From assembly GCA_947496465.1 (NCBI GenBank), contig CANMCX010000002.1, forward strand, positions 400,137 to 424,136: DNA of 24,000 nucleotides. The letters are read 5' to 3'. The notes beneath the pieces are model-generated. The model saw only the letters and a list, made by a program, of their open reading frames with translations. It searched no databases and had not been told where the DNA came from. Of this stretch, positions 1 to 9,004 are shown piece by piece. Position 1 is the first letter of the stretch. Every line of letters starts with the position of its first letter. A program made the translations under genes and the position numbers. This stretch comes from Marinifilum sediminis. GTDB taxonomy: Bacteria > Bacteroidota > Bacteroidia > Bacteroidales > Marinifilaceae.

Positions 1-629
1 TCAAGGAAAATCTTTTAAATAATGTTTCTGACTTGTATTCTCTTCAAAAAGACAACATAACTCCATTGGAGAGAATGGGAGATAAATCAGCAGAAAGAAT
101 ATTAAATAGCCTTCAGAATTCTTTACAAATTCCTTACGAAAGAGTGTTGTATGCCTTAGGTATTAGATACGTTGGTGCTACGGTCGCAAAAAAATTGGCT
201 AAAGCAATTCCATCCATAGAACAATTGGCGTCCTCAAGCATCGAAGAATTAATTGAAGTTGATGAAATTGGAGGTAAAATTGCCGAAAGCATTGTAGAAT
301 ATTTCTCTGTAAATTCACATAAAGAATTAATTTCCAAGCTCAAAGAACATGGTCTTCAATTAGAAAGAATTGAGGAAGAAAAAGAAGGTGGAAGTAACAT
401 ACTTGAAGGATTATCAATTGTAATTTCAGGAAGCTTTTCCAAATACTCTCGAGATGAACTCAAAGCTTTAATTGAACTTCATGGCGGTAAAAACGTAGGC
501 TCTATTTCCAAAAAAACCAGCTTTTTACTTGCTGGAGAAAAGATTGGTCCGAGTAAATTAGCAAAAGTAGAAAAACTTGGTATCGACCTAAAAAATGAAG
601 ATCAATTTCTAGAATTGATTGGCTTGTAA
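1..629 (+). CDS. ligA: NAD-dependent DNA ligase LigA, C-terminal part (5' end outside window): HhH and BRCT domains
   Basis: Frame is open to the window edge (codons before the ORF-track TTG at 33 read ...KENLLNNVSDLYSLQKDNITPLERMGDKSAERIL). HhH-like repeats (GIRYVGATVAKKLA, EIDEIGGKIAESIVEYF) are followed by a BRCT domain (GLSIVISGSFSKYSRDELKALIELHGGKNVGSISKKTSFLLAGEKIGPSKLAKVEKLGI). Stop at 627-629. Confidence 0.95.
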   Translation, partial: KENLLNNVSDLYSLQKDNITPLERMGDKSAERILNSLQNSLQIPYERVLYALGIRYVGATVAKKLAKAIPSIEQLASSSIEELIEVDEIGGKIAESIVEYFSVNSHKELISKLKEHGLQLERIEEEKEGGSNILEGLSIVISGSFSKYSRDELKALIELHGGKNVGSISKKTSFLLAGEKIGPSKLAKVEKLGIDLKNEDQFLELIGL

Positions 630-667
630 TTCATTTTTCATCATTCTTGATCCTTTAAAAATAGCAA

Positions 668-1255
668 ATGAATTTCACAGCAATAGATTTTGAAACAGCA
701 AATGGTAAACGCAATTCGGCTTGTTCTTTAGGATTGGTTCGTGTTACAAATGGAGTTATAGTCGATAGTAAAGAATGGTTAATTTCTCCACCTGAAATGT
801 ATTTTCATCCAATGAATGTTAGCATACATGGCATTACGGAAGATGATGTAGCCAACCAACCCAGTTTTAATTACATTTGGGACGAAGTAGAAGATTATAT
901 CCAAGGGAATATGGTAATTGCTCATAATGCTAGCTTTGATGTGTCGGTATTGAGAGCCTGTCTTGAAACTTATGGAATTCCACTGCCTGAATTTGATTAT
1001 ATGTGTACTGTTCAGATTGGTCGAAACATTTGGCCCAATATGCCAAACCATAAATTAAATACAATGGCACATCTTTTTGATATTCCATTAAAACATCATG
1101 ATGCTTTAGAAGATACTTTAGCTTGCGCAAAAATTGCCATAAAAGCTTGTGAGGTGATGAGTGTTTCGAATCTTAACGAATTGGCAAATAATATTAAAAT
1201 ATCACCAGGAAAAGTTTTTTCAGGAGGCTATAAAGCACCAAAAAAACTTAAATAA
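668..1255 (+). CDS. 3'-5' exonuclease, DEDDh family (DNA polymerase III epsilon-like)
   Basis: N-terminal FTAIDFETAN (ExoI motif), MVIAHNASFDVSVL (ExoII), HHDALEDTLACAKI (ExoIII, HxAxxD-like). Confidence 0.92.
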   Translation: MNFTAIDFETANGKRNSACSLGLVRVTNGVIVDSKEWLISPPEMYFHPMNVSIHGITEDDVANQPSFNYIWDEVEDYIQGNMVIAHNASFDVSVLRACLETYGIPLPEFDYMCTVQIGRNIWPNMPNHKLNTMAHLFDIPLKHHDALEDTLACAKIAIKACEVMSVSNLNELANNIKISPGKVFSGGYKAPKKLK

Positions 1256-1364
1256 GCTTAAATTGAATATCAAAAATGAAATTTTTCCTAACTTGTGATT
1301 TCAAACAGTCAAGCCCATTCAGCTAGTCATTTACTAGCCTGTAATTTAACTATAGAATATTGAA

Positions 1365-1904
1365 ATGAGTTTTTTCCAAAATCTAAAAAAACAACTTGCC
1401 GATCGTATAATTAATGGAAAGCAAAATAAAAATCCTAGAAAAAAGGAATTCCATAATCTGGAAAGTGCTAAAAACATTGGTATTATTTTCGACACTCAAA
1501 ATGATAAAAACCACTCAACGGTAAAAAAATTCTCTGAAAATTTAAGCCAGAAAGGGTATCGTGTAAAAACCATAGCCTGGGTTAATGCAGATGAATTACC
1601 TGATTATGGTGTGGGGCAAAAAATAATATTTTACACTAATAAAGATGTAAAATGGAATGGTGAACCAATAATTCCAGAATTATTGGAATTTGTTGATCAA
1701 AAATTTGATCTCTTGTTTGTCTTAACCGATGCAGATCATATTTCGGTTCAATACATTTCTAAACTATCACAAGCTTCTTGTAAAGTAGGTTCATTATCCG
1801 AGAATAACGAACATTTGGATTTAATGATTGATCAGAGTAAGAATAAAACACTCGAAAATTTAATTGAAGAAAGCTTAAACTACTTAACTCTAATAAAAAA
1901 ATAA
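1365..1904 (+). CDS. DUF6913-like conserved Bacteroidota protein, immediately upstream of dapA
   Basis: 179-aa ORF with stop 4 nt before the dapA start. Sequence pattern resembles the small family usually found next to dapA in Bacteroidota; family name is from recognition only. Confidence 0.65.
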   Translation: MSFFQNLKKQLADRIINGKQNKNPRKKEFHNLESAKNIGIIFDTQNDKNHSTVKKFSENLSQKGYRVKTIAWVNADELPDYGVGQKIIFYTNKDVKWNGEPIIPELLEFVDQKFDLLFVLTDADHISVQYISKLSQASCKVGSLSENNEHLDLMIDQSKNKTLENLIEESLNYLTLIKK

Positions 1905-1908
1905 TAAA

Positions 1909-2796
1909 ATGACTATAAATCAATTTTCAGGTACAGGAATCGCAATAATTACACCCTTTAAAGATGACAAGAGTGTAGATTACAATGCACTTGAAAAACT
2001 TGTAAATTATCAAATTACCAATGGTGTGGATTATTTGGTTGTTATGGGAACAACCGGAGAAGCAGCTACCTTATCAAAAGCAGAAAAAAACGAAGTAATA
2101 AAGCATGTTTGCACAACAAATGCTAAACGCGTGCCAATTGTAGTTGGTTTTGGAGGCAATAACACTAGCGAAGTAGTTGAACAAATTAATGATTTCGACT
2201 CTTTTTCAGAAGTTGATGCTATTTTATCTGTTGCACCTTATTACAATAAGCCTAGTCAGGAAGGAATATTCCAACATTATAAATTTATTGCAGACAACAG
2301 TCCTGTTCCTGTAATTATATATAATGTTCCGGGAAGAACAAGTGTAAATATAAGCGCCGAAACTACTGTTCGAATTGCCAACGAAATTGAGAATGTTATT
2401 GCAGTTAAAGAAGCATCGGGTGACATGGAACAAATTATGCAGATATTAAAAAATAAGCCTGCCAATTTCATGGTAATTTCTGGAGACGATGCCTTGACAT
2501 TTCCTATGATACAGTTAGGAGCTTCAGGAGTAATTTCTGTAATTGGAAATGCTTTTCCAAAGGAATTTAGTTCAATGGTTAAAAATGCTATACGGGGTAA
2601 TAATAAAGACGCTCTTACCACACACTACCGATTACTCGATTTAATTCAAAATATTTTTACCGAAGGAAATCCTGCTGGAATCAAAGCCATTCTGCATCAA
2701 AAAGAACTTATCTCAAACGACTTAAGACTACCTCTTGTGCCTGTAAGTTCATCACATTACGAAAAATTAAAAATGCTATACAATAAAATGGCATAA
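1909..2796 (+). CDS. dapA: 4-hydroxy-tetrahydrodipicolinate synthase
   Basis: GTGIAIITPF, VVMGTTGEAATLSKAEK, APYYNKPSQEGIFQHY, VPVIIYNVPGRTSVNI, IAVKEASGDMEQ and ISGDDALTFP are typical DapA motifs, including Tyr in YNVPGR and the Schiff-base Lys in VKEASG. Confidence 0.97.
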   Translation: MTINQFSGTGIAIITPFKDDKSVDYNALEKLVNYQITNGVDYLVVMGTTGEAATLSKAEKNEVIKHVCTTNAKRVPIVVGFGGNNTSEVVEQINDFDSFSEVDAILSVAPYYNKPSQEGIFQHYKFIADNSPVPVIIYNVPGRTSVNISAETTVRIANEIENVIAVKEASGDMEQIMQILKNKPANFMVISGDDALTFPMIQLGASGVISVIGNAFPKEFSSMVKNAIRGNNKDALTTHYRLLDLIQNIFTEGNPAGIKAILHQKELISNDLRLPLVPVSSSHYEKLKMLYNKMA

Positions 2797-2856
2797 ATAT
2801 TGTCCACAGATACAAGTGTTATTTTACACTTTATTTTTGAAATTAATAAACAAAAA

Positions 2857-3453
2857 ATGATTAAAAATATGAAGTATTCATTTCGCCTATTTGTTTTCGC
2901 ACTTGCTGTAATGAGTTTTGCATCTTGCTCACGACAAATAACCAGAGTTTCCCCTGATCAGCAAATTGATTTAAGTGGACGCTGGAACGACACTGACTCT
3001 AGATTAGCTGCTGAAGCATTAATCGATCAGGTATTAAATCAAGGTTGGATTGGCAATTTCAAAGAAGAATTCAATCGTAAACCAGTTGTAACAGTTGGTT
3101 TAGTAACTAACAAAAGTTCTGAACATATCGATTCTGACACTTATATTAAAGATATTGAAAAAGCGATATTAAATGATGGTCGTGTTAGATTGGTTCAAGC
3201 TGGAGCTAAGCGTGAAGAATTGCGCCAGGAAAGAGCAGATCAACAAGATTTTGCCTCAAAAGAAACCATTAAGAAATGGGGACGCGAACTTGGTGCTGAT
3301 TTTATCCTTCAAGGAGATATCACATCGATAATTGATAGCTACAAAAAAGAAAAAGTAAGATATTATCAGCTAAACCTTGAATTAACCAATCTTGAAACCA
3401 ACGAATTGGTTTGGTTAGGTGACAAAAAAATCAAGAAATACGTTAACAGATAA
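2857..3453 (+). CDS. LpoB-like outer-membrane lipoprotein (penicillin-binding protein activator family)
   Basis: Signal and lipobox MKYSFRLFVFALAVMSFASC; body WNDTDSRLAAEALIDQVLNQGW...VTVGLVTNKSSEHIDSDTY...GADFILQGDITSI. The ORF-track start at 2800 (TTG) is probably too early; M at 2857 or 2869 fits the signal peptide. Confidence 0.85.
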   Translation: MIKNMKYSFRLFVFALAVMSFASCSRQITRVSPDQQIDLSGRWNDTDSRLAAEALIDQVLNQGWIGNFKEEFNRKPVVTVGLVTNKSSEHIDSDTYIKDIEKAILNDGRVRLVQAGAKREELRQERADQQDFASKETIKKWGRELGADFILQGDITSIIDSYKKEKVRYYQLNLELTNLETNELVWLGDKKIKKYVNR

Positions 3454-3462
3454 ATCCATATT

Positions 3463-3484
3463 AGGGAAGTCTGATGGCTTCCCT
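3463..3484 (+). terminator. Short hairpin AGGGAAG-tctgatgg-CTTCCCT, possible weak terminator or attenuator
   Basis: Perfect 7-bp inverted repeat 10 nt after the stop at 3453, but followed by only a pyrimidine-rich run (cctttctctt) and no clean U-tract. Confidence 0.35.
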
Positions 3485-3506
3485 CCTTTCTCTTATCATT
3501 TACCAA

Positions 3507-4916
3507 ATGAACAAAAAGCTCTTCGCAAATAAGATCATTTTCTTGCTTGCAATTTTGTCAAGTATTCTATTTTCAAGTTGTGCTACATACTATGCTCAAA
3601 ATGAAGCGTTCAATCAGTATTTTCTTAATGGAGATATTGCGAATGCCGAAAAAACATTGGATGGTGATGCTAAAAATCAGCGTAAAAAGAATAAATCCTT
3701 ATATCTTTTAAATAAAGGTACACTAGCATGGATGCAACAAGATTACGAAAGAGCAACTGCTTATTTTAACGAAGCCGATTTATTTATTGAAGATCAGAGA
3801 AAAAACATCGCTAACGAAGCCCTAGCATTACTAACAAATCCTGCGACAAAACCATATGTTCCAGAAGATTTCGAAAATGTAATGCTTAACTTTTATAAGG
3901 CTTTAAGCTTTTTGGAAATGGGCAAAAGTCAGGAAGCTTTGGTCGAGTGTAGAAGAGTGAATGAAAAACTATATGCACTTAATGATAAGTATCCGAAAAA
4001 CTATAAAAACAGATATAGTGACGATGCATTTGCTCACACCATAATGGGCTTAATTTATGATTCTACTGGCGATTCAAATAATGCATTTATCGCTTACAGG
4101 AATGCATATAAAATTTACGAAGGTAATTACACCAAAAATTTTAACACACCCGCTCCTAGACAACTTAAAGATGATCTTCTGCGTACAGCATATCAAACTG
4201 GATTGAATCAGGAGTATGAATTTTACAAAAATAAATTTGGATTTGATTTTACTAAAAGAGAAAAAAATCAAGGTGATTTAATAATGATATGGATGACAGG
4301 ATTAGGACCTGTTAAAGACGAATGGAGTATTAATTTTAGTGCTCTCAATGGTCGCGATGGTTATTTAACACTTGTAAACGAAGGTGAAGGTGCTAACTTT
4401 CCTTTTTATGTAGGTGATATGGATAGCAGAACTCGAAATTCATTTAGCGATCTAGATTTTGTGAGAGTAGCCTTTCCTAAGTATCAGGAAAGAATGCCTT
4501 TTTACAATTCAGCTTCAATACAAGTAGATTCTGTTCATTACAATTTAGATAAAGCGCAAGACTTAAATGCTATTGCTTTTAAATCTCTAAAAGATAGAAT
4601 GCTTAGAGAAATGGCGAATTCATTACTCAGATTAGCTACTAAAAAAGCTTTGGAAAATTATGCTCGCAGCAAAGATGATAATATTGGTGCTATTATAGGA
4701 ATTTTTAATGCCGTTACAGAAAAAGCTGATACAAGAAACTGGCAAACCCTACCTCATTCTATTCACTACACGAGATTGCATTTAAAAGAAGGAGAAAACA
4801 ATATTAATTTAAAAGTGCAGTCTCCAAATGGAACATCAAATAATCAAAATTTGAAGTTTACGATAAAGGCAGGACAAACCAGCTTTTTTAGCTTTCACAG
4901 TATGGAATCAAATTAG
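3507..4916 (+). CDS. COG3014-like lipoprotein with TPR-like N-terminal part
   Basis: Signal and lipobox MNKKLFANKIIFLLAILSSILFSSC; helical repeat-like segments (NGDIANAEKTLDGDAKN, DYERATAYFNEADLFI, ALSFLEMGKSQEALVECRRVN, NAFIAYRNAYKIYEGNY). The track start at 3474 lies inside a hairpin and gives an unlikely N-terminus. Confidence 0.75.
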   Translation: MNKKLFANKIIFLLAILSSILFSSCATYYAQNEAFNQYFLNGDIANAEKTLDGDAKNQRKKNKSLYLLNKGTLAWMQQDYERATAYFNEADLFIEDQRKNIANEALALLTNPATKPYVPEDFENVMLNFYKALSFLEMGKSQEALVECRRVNEKLYALNDKYPKNYKNRYSDDAFAHTIMGLIYDSTGDSNNAFIAYRNAYKIYEGNYTKNFNTPAPRQLKDDLLRTAYQTGLNQEYEFYKNKFGFDFTKREKNQGDLIMIWMTGLGPVKDEWSINFSALNGRDGYLTLVNEGEGANFPFYVGDMDSRTRNSFSDLDFVRVAFPKYQERMPFYNSASIQVDSVHYNLDKAQDLNAIAFKSLKDRMLREMANSLLRLATKKALENYARSKDDNIGAIIGIFNAVTEKADTRNWQTLPHSIHYTRLHLKEGENNINLKVQSPNGTSNNQNLKFTIKAGQTSFFSFHSMESN

Positions 4917-5462
4917 AACGCTGTTTTTTGATAATGTAAACCGTACCACGTCCTTATCAACATTAGCAATATATTCACAACTTAAGGTCAAATCCTCATT
5001 AAAAAATCGCTGACATCCCATAAACATCCCGATAGCCAAATCAACAAAAACCTTTTTTGACTCATAAGAAATTATAAAAGTACTGTCGTCAATTCTTTCT
5101 GCCTTAAAACCTTTCAATCCTTTATGCGGAAAACGTTCCTGCATTTTTACATGAATAAAATAATCTATTTGTTCTAAAAATTCGAACACATCACTATTCC
5201 CAGCAAATTCTGGTCGGTACAAAATTACCAGTCTACTAAATAAATATTCACCAAAATTTTTAGATAAATCTGATTTTGAAAGTCGCGTTTCCTCACTTAA
5301 TAATGTAACCAGCTCGTTGAATTGCTTGTAAGAATAATCTTGCATAGAATCATAAACTCCATTATTCCCTGCTCCCAAAAGAGAAACAACTTTCTCAACT
5401 GTTTCACATCCAAATTCACTTTCCGACATCTCTAAAATTTCTGTAAAAAAAATCCCTTTCAT
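4908..5462 (-). CDS. Heme NO-binding (H-NOX/HNOB-like) single-domain protein
   Basis: MKGIFFTEILEMSESEFGCETVEKV matches the H-NOX N-terminus (MKGxxFxxxLExxxxxFG); LSEETRLSKSDLSKNFGEYLFSRL; FEFLEQIDYFIHVKMQERFP carries the proximal-His region; YESKKVFVDLAIGMFMGCQRFF aligns with YxSxRxxxxxxxGLIxGxxxxF. Confidence 0.8.
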   Translation of the reverse strand: MKGIFFTEILEMSESEFGCETVEKVVSLLGAGNNGVYDSMQDYSYKQFNELVTLLSEETRLSKSDLSKNFGEYLFSRLVILYRPEFAGNSDVFEFLEQIDYFIHVKMQERFPHKGLKGFKAERIDDSTFIISYESKKVFVDLAIGMFMGCQRFFNEDLTLSCEYIANVDKDVVRFTLSKNSVLI

Positions 5463-5532
5463 CTACTGTAAATTTTAAATGATTTTATCAAAGTAATAGT
5501 TTATAATAGTGCAACATTAAAAATTCCGACAT

Positions 5533-6717
5533 TTACAATTTTGTTTGGTTTAGCTGAGAATTTTTCAATTCTGCGAGTAATTTTTGCATGGCAAGATATT
5601 TCTGCTCATAATCCCAACGTCCCTTATCCTTATTGTGAGCAACCTCATAAAACTTAATCGCCATATCAGGTTTATTCGTTGTTTCATATATTTCTCCCAC
5701 ATAAAAATACGGCTCTGCCTTATGCGGATAATTATACACGGTATACTTTAAAAATAGTAAAGCTTCCTGATACTTTTTCTCCTGTTTAAGTTGCAAGCAA
5801 ACACTCTCTAATAAAGAATAAGGTAATTTCTCGTTTCTGCCATAATTTAGCATGATGTCTTTCTGATATTCTTTTGCTTTAGCCACACCACCCACAGCTA
5901 AATCATTAACATCCGGATATTTGTAATCCTTAAACAGATGCTCCATACCGTTCATTAAACTCTTTCGATACAAACTATAATGATTTTCATCGGGCATCCA
6001 ATCGCATTTCCAATTTAAATCCCCTGGCGAAGATGTTTCAAGTACTTTAGTTAGCTTCTTACATTCTTCGAGCATGTTCTTTGCCTCTTCGGCAAAACTT
6101 ACGAACAAATGTTTTCTAACTGTAGATTTACCATTTAAAAATTTTTCGGTATCCTTCACAACAGAATTTCCGTTCCACCATAAAATTGGACTAAACGCCA
6201 TATAACGATCAAATAAATCCGTTCCGTTAATAAAAGCATTGATTACGAACAGTCCACTATAATTATGACCCATAACCAATCTACGATTATTAGTTCTGTA
6301 ATTTTTGGAAACATACGGGAAAATATCCGTTTTAAGAACCTCTAAGAATGTGTTTGCTCCTCCTCTTGTTGGAAAAATAGTCTTATTCAATAAACTATCC
6401 ACAGGAGTCATATCCCGAAAACGATCTGTATTAGGAATTCCAACCACCACATGTGGAGGTATAAAATGATTGTCCATTAAAAAACTCAGGACTTCAATGC
6501 TAGTACTAAAATTTGTTTCTGCATCTAGCAGATAAATTACAGGATAAGAAAAATAAGTATTATCAAATTCGGTAGGTAGAAGAATCTGAAGTTCTCTATT
6601 CTCCTTTAGTATAGTAGAATATACACTGGTACTTCGTAAATTTTTAGGGTTTACCTCCGCCAATAAAATACCAATTGTAAAAAAAACAAATAAAGCAGTT
6701 AAAAGGCTTCGCTTCAT
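5533..6717 (-). CDS. Esterase D / Fes-like alpha/beta-hydrolase-fold protein with signal peptide and C-terminal TPR-like tail; possibly non-catalytic
   Basis: Signal MKRSLLTALFVFFTIGILLA; SYPVIYLLDAETNF, VVGIPNTDRFRDMTP, RRLVMGHNYSGLFVINAF, DWMPDENHYSLYRKSL; tail QEALLFLKYTVYNYPHKAEPYFYVGEIYETTNKPDMAIKFYEVA. Confidence 0.85.
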   Translation of the reverse strand: MKRSLLTALFVFFTIGILLAEVNPKNLRSTSVYSTILKENRELQILLPTEFDNTYFSYPVIYLLDAETNFSTSIEVLSFLMDNHFIPPHVVVGIPNTDRFRDMTPVDSLLNKTIFPTRGGANTFLEVLKTDIFPYVSKNYRTNNRRLVMGHNYSGLFVINAFINGTDLFDRYMAFSPILWWNGNSVVKDTEKFLNGKSTVRKHLFVSFAEEAKNMLEECKKLTKVLETSSPGDLNWKCDWMPDENHYSLYRKSLMNGMEHLFKDYKYPDVNDLAVGGVAKAKEYQKDIMLNYGRNEKLPYSLLESVCLQLKQEKKYQEALLFLKYTVYNYPHKAEPYFYVGEIYETTNKPDMAIKFYEVAHNKDKGRWDYEQKYLAMQKLLAELKNSQLNQTKL

Positions 6718-6837
6718 ATAATTCTTGGTTTAGGATTTAAAGTACTGTTAAAATACAATTATTTACAATAAAATCAAAAAAATCCTTTATTAGCAGGCGG
6801 TTAAACATTCTTATATTTCATGATATTAAAAATAATA

Positions 6838-6864
6838 AAGCCGGATTAAATTAATATCCGGCTT
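6838..6864 (-). terminator. Rho-independent terminator of the YceI-family gene
   Basis: Perfect 9-bp stem AAGCCGGAT/ATCCGGCTT with 9-nt loop, 20 nt downstream of the minus-strand stop at 6884; minus-strand continuation ttattattttt is U-rich. Confidence 0.7.
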
Positions 6865-6883
6865 AAAATACAATATGTAAGAT

Positions 6884-7483
6884 TTAACGTAAATACAAAT
6901 CAAGTGTTAATTCAAAATCGTCATATATGGTTTTATCTCCCAAATTATCGAAAAAGCTTCCAGAACCATAACGAATATTAAACTTACTTCTATCGATAAC
7001 TACTTTTCCACTAACATGAATATCTTCGCCATGTTTATGCAAATTCACAGTAAATTCAATTGGTTTTGTAATCTCTTTAATCGTGATATTTCCTTTCACT
7101 TTATAATTGCCCTCGCCCAAATACTTGCTTTCGACAATTTCAAATTTTGATTTTGGAAACTTTTCTATTCCAAAAAAATCATCCGATTTTAAATGACCTT
7201 CCAATTTCCCTCTGTAGCCTTCGTCTTTAATATCCGTACATTTAATCGAGTTCATATCTACTACAAAACTTCCTGATTTAAGATCATCTCCATTCAGTAT
7301 AATGCTTCCATCGGATATCATTATTGTTCCGGAATGTTCTCCAGTTACCTTTTTACCTAACCACTCCACTTTACTCTTTTGAGTGTCTACTTTATAGGTT
7401 CCATTTTTTGCATTAGCCATACCAACAAATAAAAAAATACCAGCCAACATTGCAATTCCGCTTTTTAAAACATTTCTTTTCAT
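6884..7483 (-). CDS. YceI-family (lipocalin-like) exported protein
   Basis: Signal MKRNVLKSGIAMLAGIFLFVGMANA; YKVDTQKSKVEWLGKKVTGEHSGTI...HLKSDDFFGIEKFPKSKFEIV...GNYKVKGNITIKEITKPIEFTV are classical YceI motifs. Confidence 0.93.
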   Translation of the reverse strand: MKRNVLKSGIAMLAGIFLFVGMANAKNGTYKVDTQKSKVEWLGKKVTGEHSGTIMISDGSIILNGDDLKSGSFVVDMNSIKCTDIKDEGYRGKLEGHLKSDDFFGIEKFPKSKFEIVESKYLGEGNYKVKGNITIKEITKPIEFTVNLHKHGEDIHVSGKVVIDRSKFNIRYGSGSFFDNLGDKTIYDDFELTLDLYLR

Positions 7484-7596
7484 AAGTTTTAAATTTTATA
7501 AATCGTTAAATATTAATTTCTTTCTTTAAATACTTACTTACAAAACTAGCTTTAGTTTGTATTTGGGTAAATGGACAATTCTCCGTTATTCTTGTA

Positions 7597-8484
7597 TTAT
7601 TTCCGAACCAGACTCCGAAAATCACTTAATGTTTGATTCGTATATTTTTTGAAAAAACGGCTAAAATAAGCCGGATCCTGAAATCCCAAATCATAAGCAA
7701 TCTCTTTGGTATGTAAATCCGATCCAAACAACATTTTCTTTGCTTCTTTTATCACTCTGCCACGAATCAATTCTCCTGCAGTAACTCCTGTTGTCTTCTT
7801 ACTAATCTCGTTTAAACAACTTGGATTTAAATTGAGCATATCCGCGTACGATGAGACATTCTTTTTATCACGATAATTTTCATCAATCAGTTGTTTAAAT
7901 TTAATGATAACAGATCCAGGATGCTCATCATTCAACGACTGATCCAAATCATGCTGATCTTCATAAATTCTTCTGGACTCCAACAAAAACATCTTCAACT
8001 GATGATAAAGCATATCATGACGATATTTACTCTCACCATTAAATTCACGCTCCATTAGTCCTGCAATACTTTGAAAAATTTGGACTTGCACTTCATCCAA
8101 ATGAATAATGGATTTGAAATCGGGATTGCTAAAAAGAGTAGAATCAGATACTGATCCCTCTCCATTTTCCTTAATTGAAAAAAAAGTTTCATCGAAAGTG
8201 ATTGTATATCCATTGCAATGCTCATTCATTATAAATCGATGCATCAATCCTGGTGGCACAAATAATATTGAATTTGCTCTTAGAGTGTAATCAACATATT
8301 TGGTAGAATGAATAGCCTCTCCTTCCTTAATCCAGGTTATTGTGTAATAATTATGCATGTGAGGAACATCGTTCTGCTTTCTTACCTCTTCGCACATATT
8401 TTGTATTTTATGAATGTGAAATAAGGCTTTCGATTCATCTTTTTCTTGAAATAGCTCTGCAGGATCTCTTTCCATTTTTATCAA
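7597..8484 (-). CDS. AraC-family transcriptional regulator with N-terminal cupin-type sensor domain
   Basis: Cupin part HYYTITWIKEGEAIHSTKYVDYTLRANSILFVPPGLMHRF; C-terminal double HTH KNVSSYADMLNLNPSCLNEISKKTTGVTAGELIRGRVIKEAKKMLFGSDLHTKEIAYDLGFQDPAYFSRFFKKYTNQTLSDFR. Confidence 0.95.
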   Translation of the reverse strand: MIKMERDPAELFQEKDESKALFHIHKIQNMCEEVRKQNDVPHMHNYYTITWIKEGEAIHSTKYVDYTLRANSILFVPPGLMHRFIMNEHCNGYTITFDETFFSIKENGEGSVSDSTLFSNPDFKSIIHLDEVQVQIFQSIAGLMEREFNGESKYRHDMLYHQLKMFLLESRRIYEDQHDLDQSLNDEHPGSVIIKFKQLIDENYRDKKNVSSYADMLNLNPSCLNEISKKTTGVTAGELIRGRVIKEAKKMLFGSDLHTKEIAYDLGFQDPAYFSRFFKKYTNQTLSDFRSLVRK

Positions 8485-8694
8485 TTGGTTTTATTTAAAT
8501 CAAATTTAAATAAAAAGCTACACTATACCTTAGCGAAGCTGTTAATCGATTGTTAAAATCGCTTTTTGTCCGGATTTCCTTACCAGGAATGAATTTTTAA
8601 AAAGATATCGCATTTTTTTGTTAATCTAATTTTCTACCAATAAAGACCTTAGCTTAAACCCCTCAAATTATTTACAAAAAAAACAAAAAAACAT

Positions 8695-8726
8695 TTGCAG
8701 TTCACACAGTAAAACCCCTATATTTG
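8695..8726 (+). promoter_or_regulatory. Bacteroidota-type promoter for tRNA-Arg: TTG at -33 region and TATATTTG (TAnnTTTG) at -7 region
   Basis: TTG at 8695-8697 and an exact TAnnTTTG at 8719-8726, 21 bp apart, ending 19 bp before the tRNA at 8746. Confidence 0.6.
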
Positions 8727-8745
8727 CAGCGTCTTAAAGAGATAT

Positions 8746-8819
8746 GGACGCGTAGCATAACTGGATAGTGCACCACGTTACGGCCGTGGAGGTTGGGGGT
8801 TCGACTCCCTCCGTGTTCA
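8746..8819 (+). tRNA. tRNA-Arg (anticodon ACG), copy 1, no encoded CCA
   Basis: Complete cloverleaf read by hand: GGACGCG/CGTGTTC acceptor, GCAT/GTGC D-stem, CCACG-TTACGGC-CGTGG anticodon arm (ACG at 8780-8782), GGGGG-TTCGACT-CCCTC T-arm, discriminator A at 8819. Confidence 0.95.
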
Positions 8820-8870
8820 CATTAAAAATCTTGCTTAGATTAAAGGGGCTTCCACCCTCTAAGTTAAGAG

Positions 8871-8901
8871 ATCGTCACCCTTCATCCGGTGACGATTTTT
8901 T
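8871..8901 (+). terminator. Rho-independent terminator after tRNA-Arg copy 1
   Basis: ATCGTCACC-cttcatcc-GGTGACGAT perfect 9-bp stem followed by TTTTTT-ATTTTTATT. Confidence 0.9.
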
Positions 8902-8930
8902 ATTTTTATTGGAAGAATCTTATAAGATAA

Positions 8931-9004
8931 GGACGCGTAGCATAACTGGATAGTGCACCTCGTTACGGCCGAGGAGGTTGGGGGTTCGACTCCCTCCGTG
9001 TTCA
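8931..9004 (+). tRNA. tRNA-Arg (anticodon ACG), copy 2, no encoded CCA
   Basis: Same cloverleaf as copy 1 with anticodon stem CCTCG-TTACGGC-CGAGG (ACG at 8965-8967); differs from copy 1 only at 8960 and 8972. Confidence 0.95.

Noticed and set aside
134-343. Minus-strand ORF inside ligA
   Set aside because: Antisense shadow of a clear BRCT/HhH coding frame.
1322-1340. Short inverted repeat GCTAGT-cattt-ACTAGC
   Set aside because: Only a 6-bp stem with no U-tract, upstream of the DUF6913-like gene; not distinguishable from chance.
8768-8953. Track ORF MHHVTAVEVGG...
   Set aside because: Runs straight through tRNA-Arg copy 1 and its terminator into tRNA copy 2; spurious.
8746-9004. tRNA duplication as attL/attR of an integrated element
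   Set aside because: The repeats are only 185 bp apart with nothing but trailer and terminator between them, and there is no integrase nearby; a local tandem duplication explains it.
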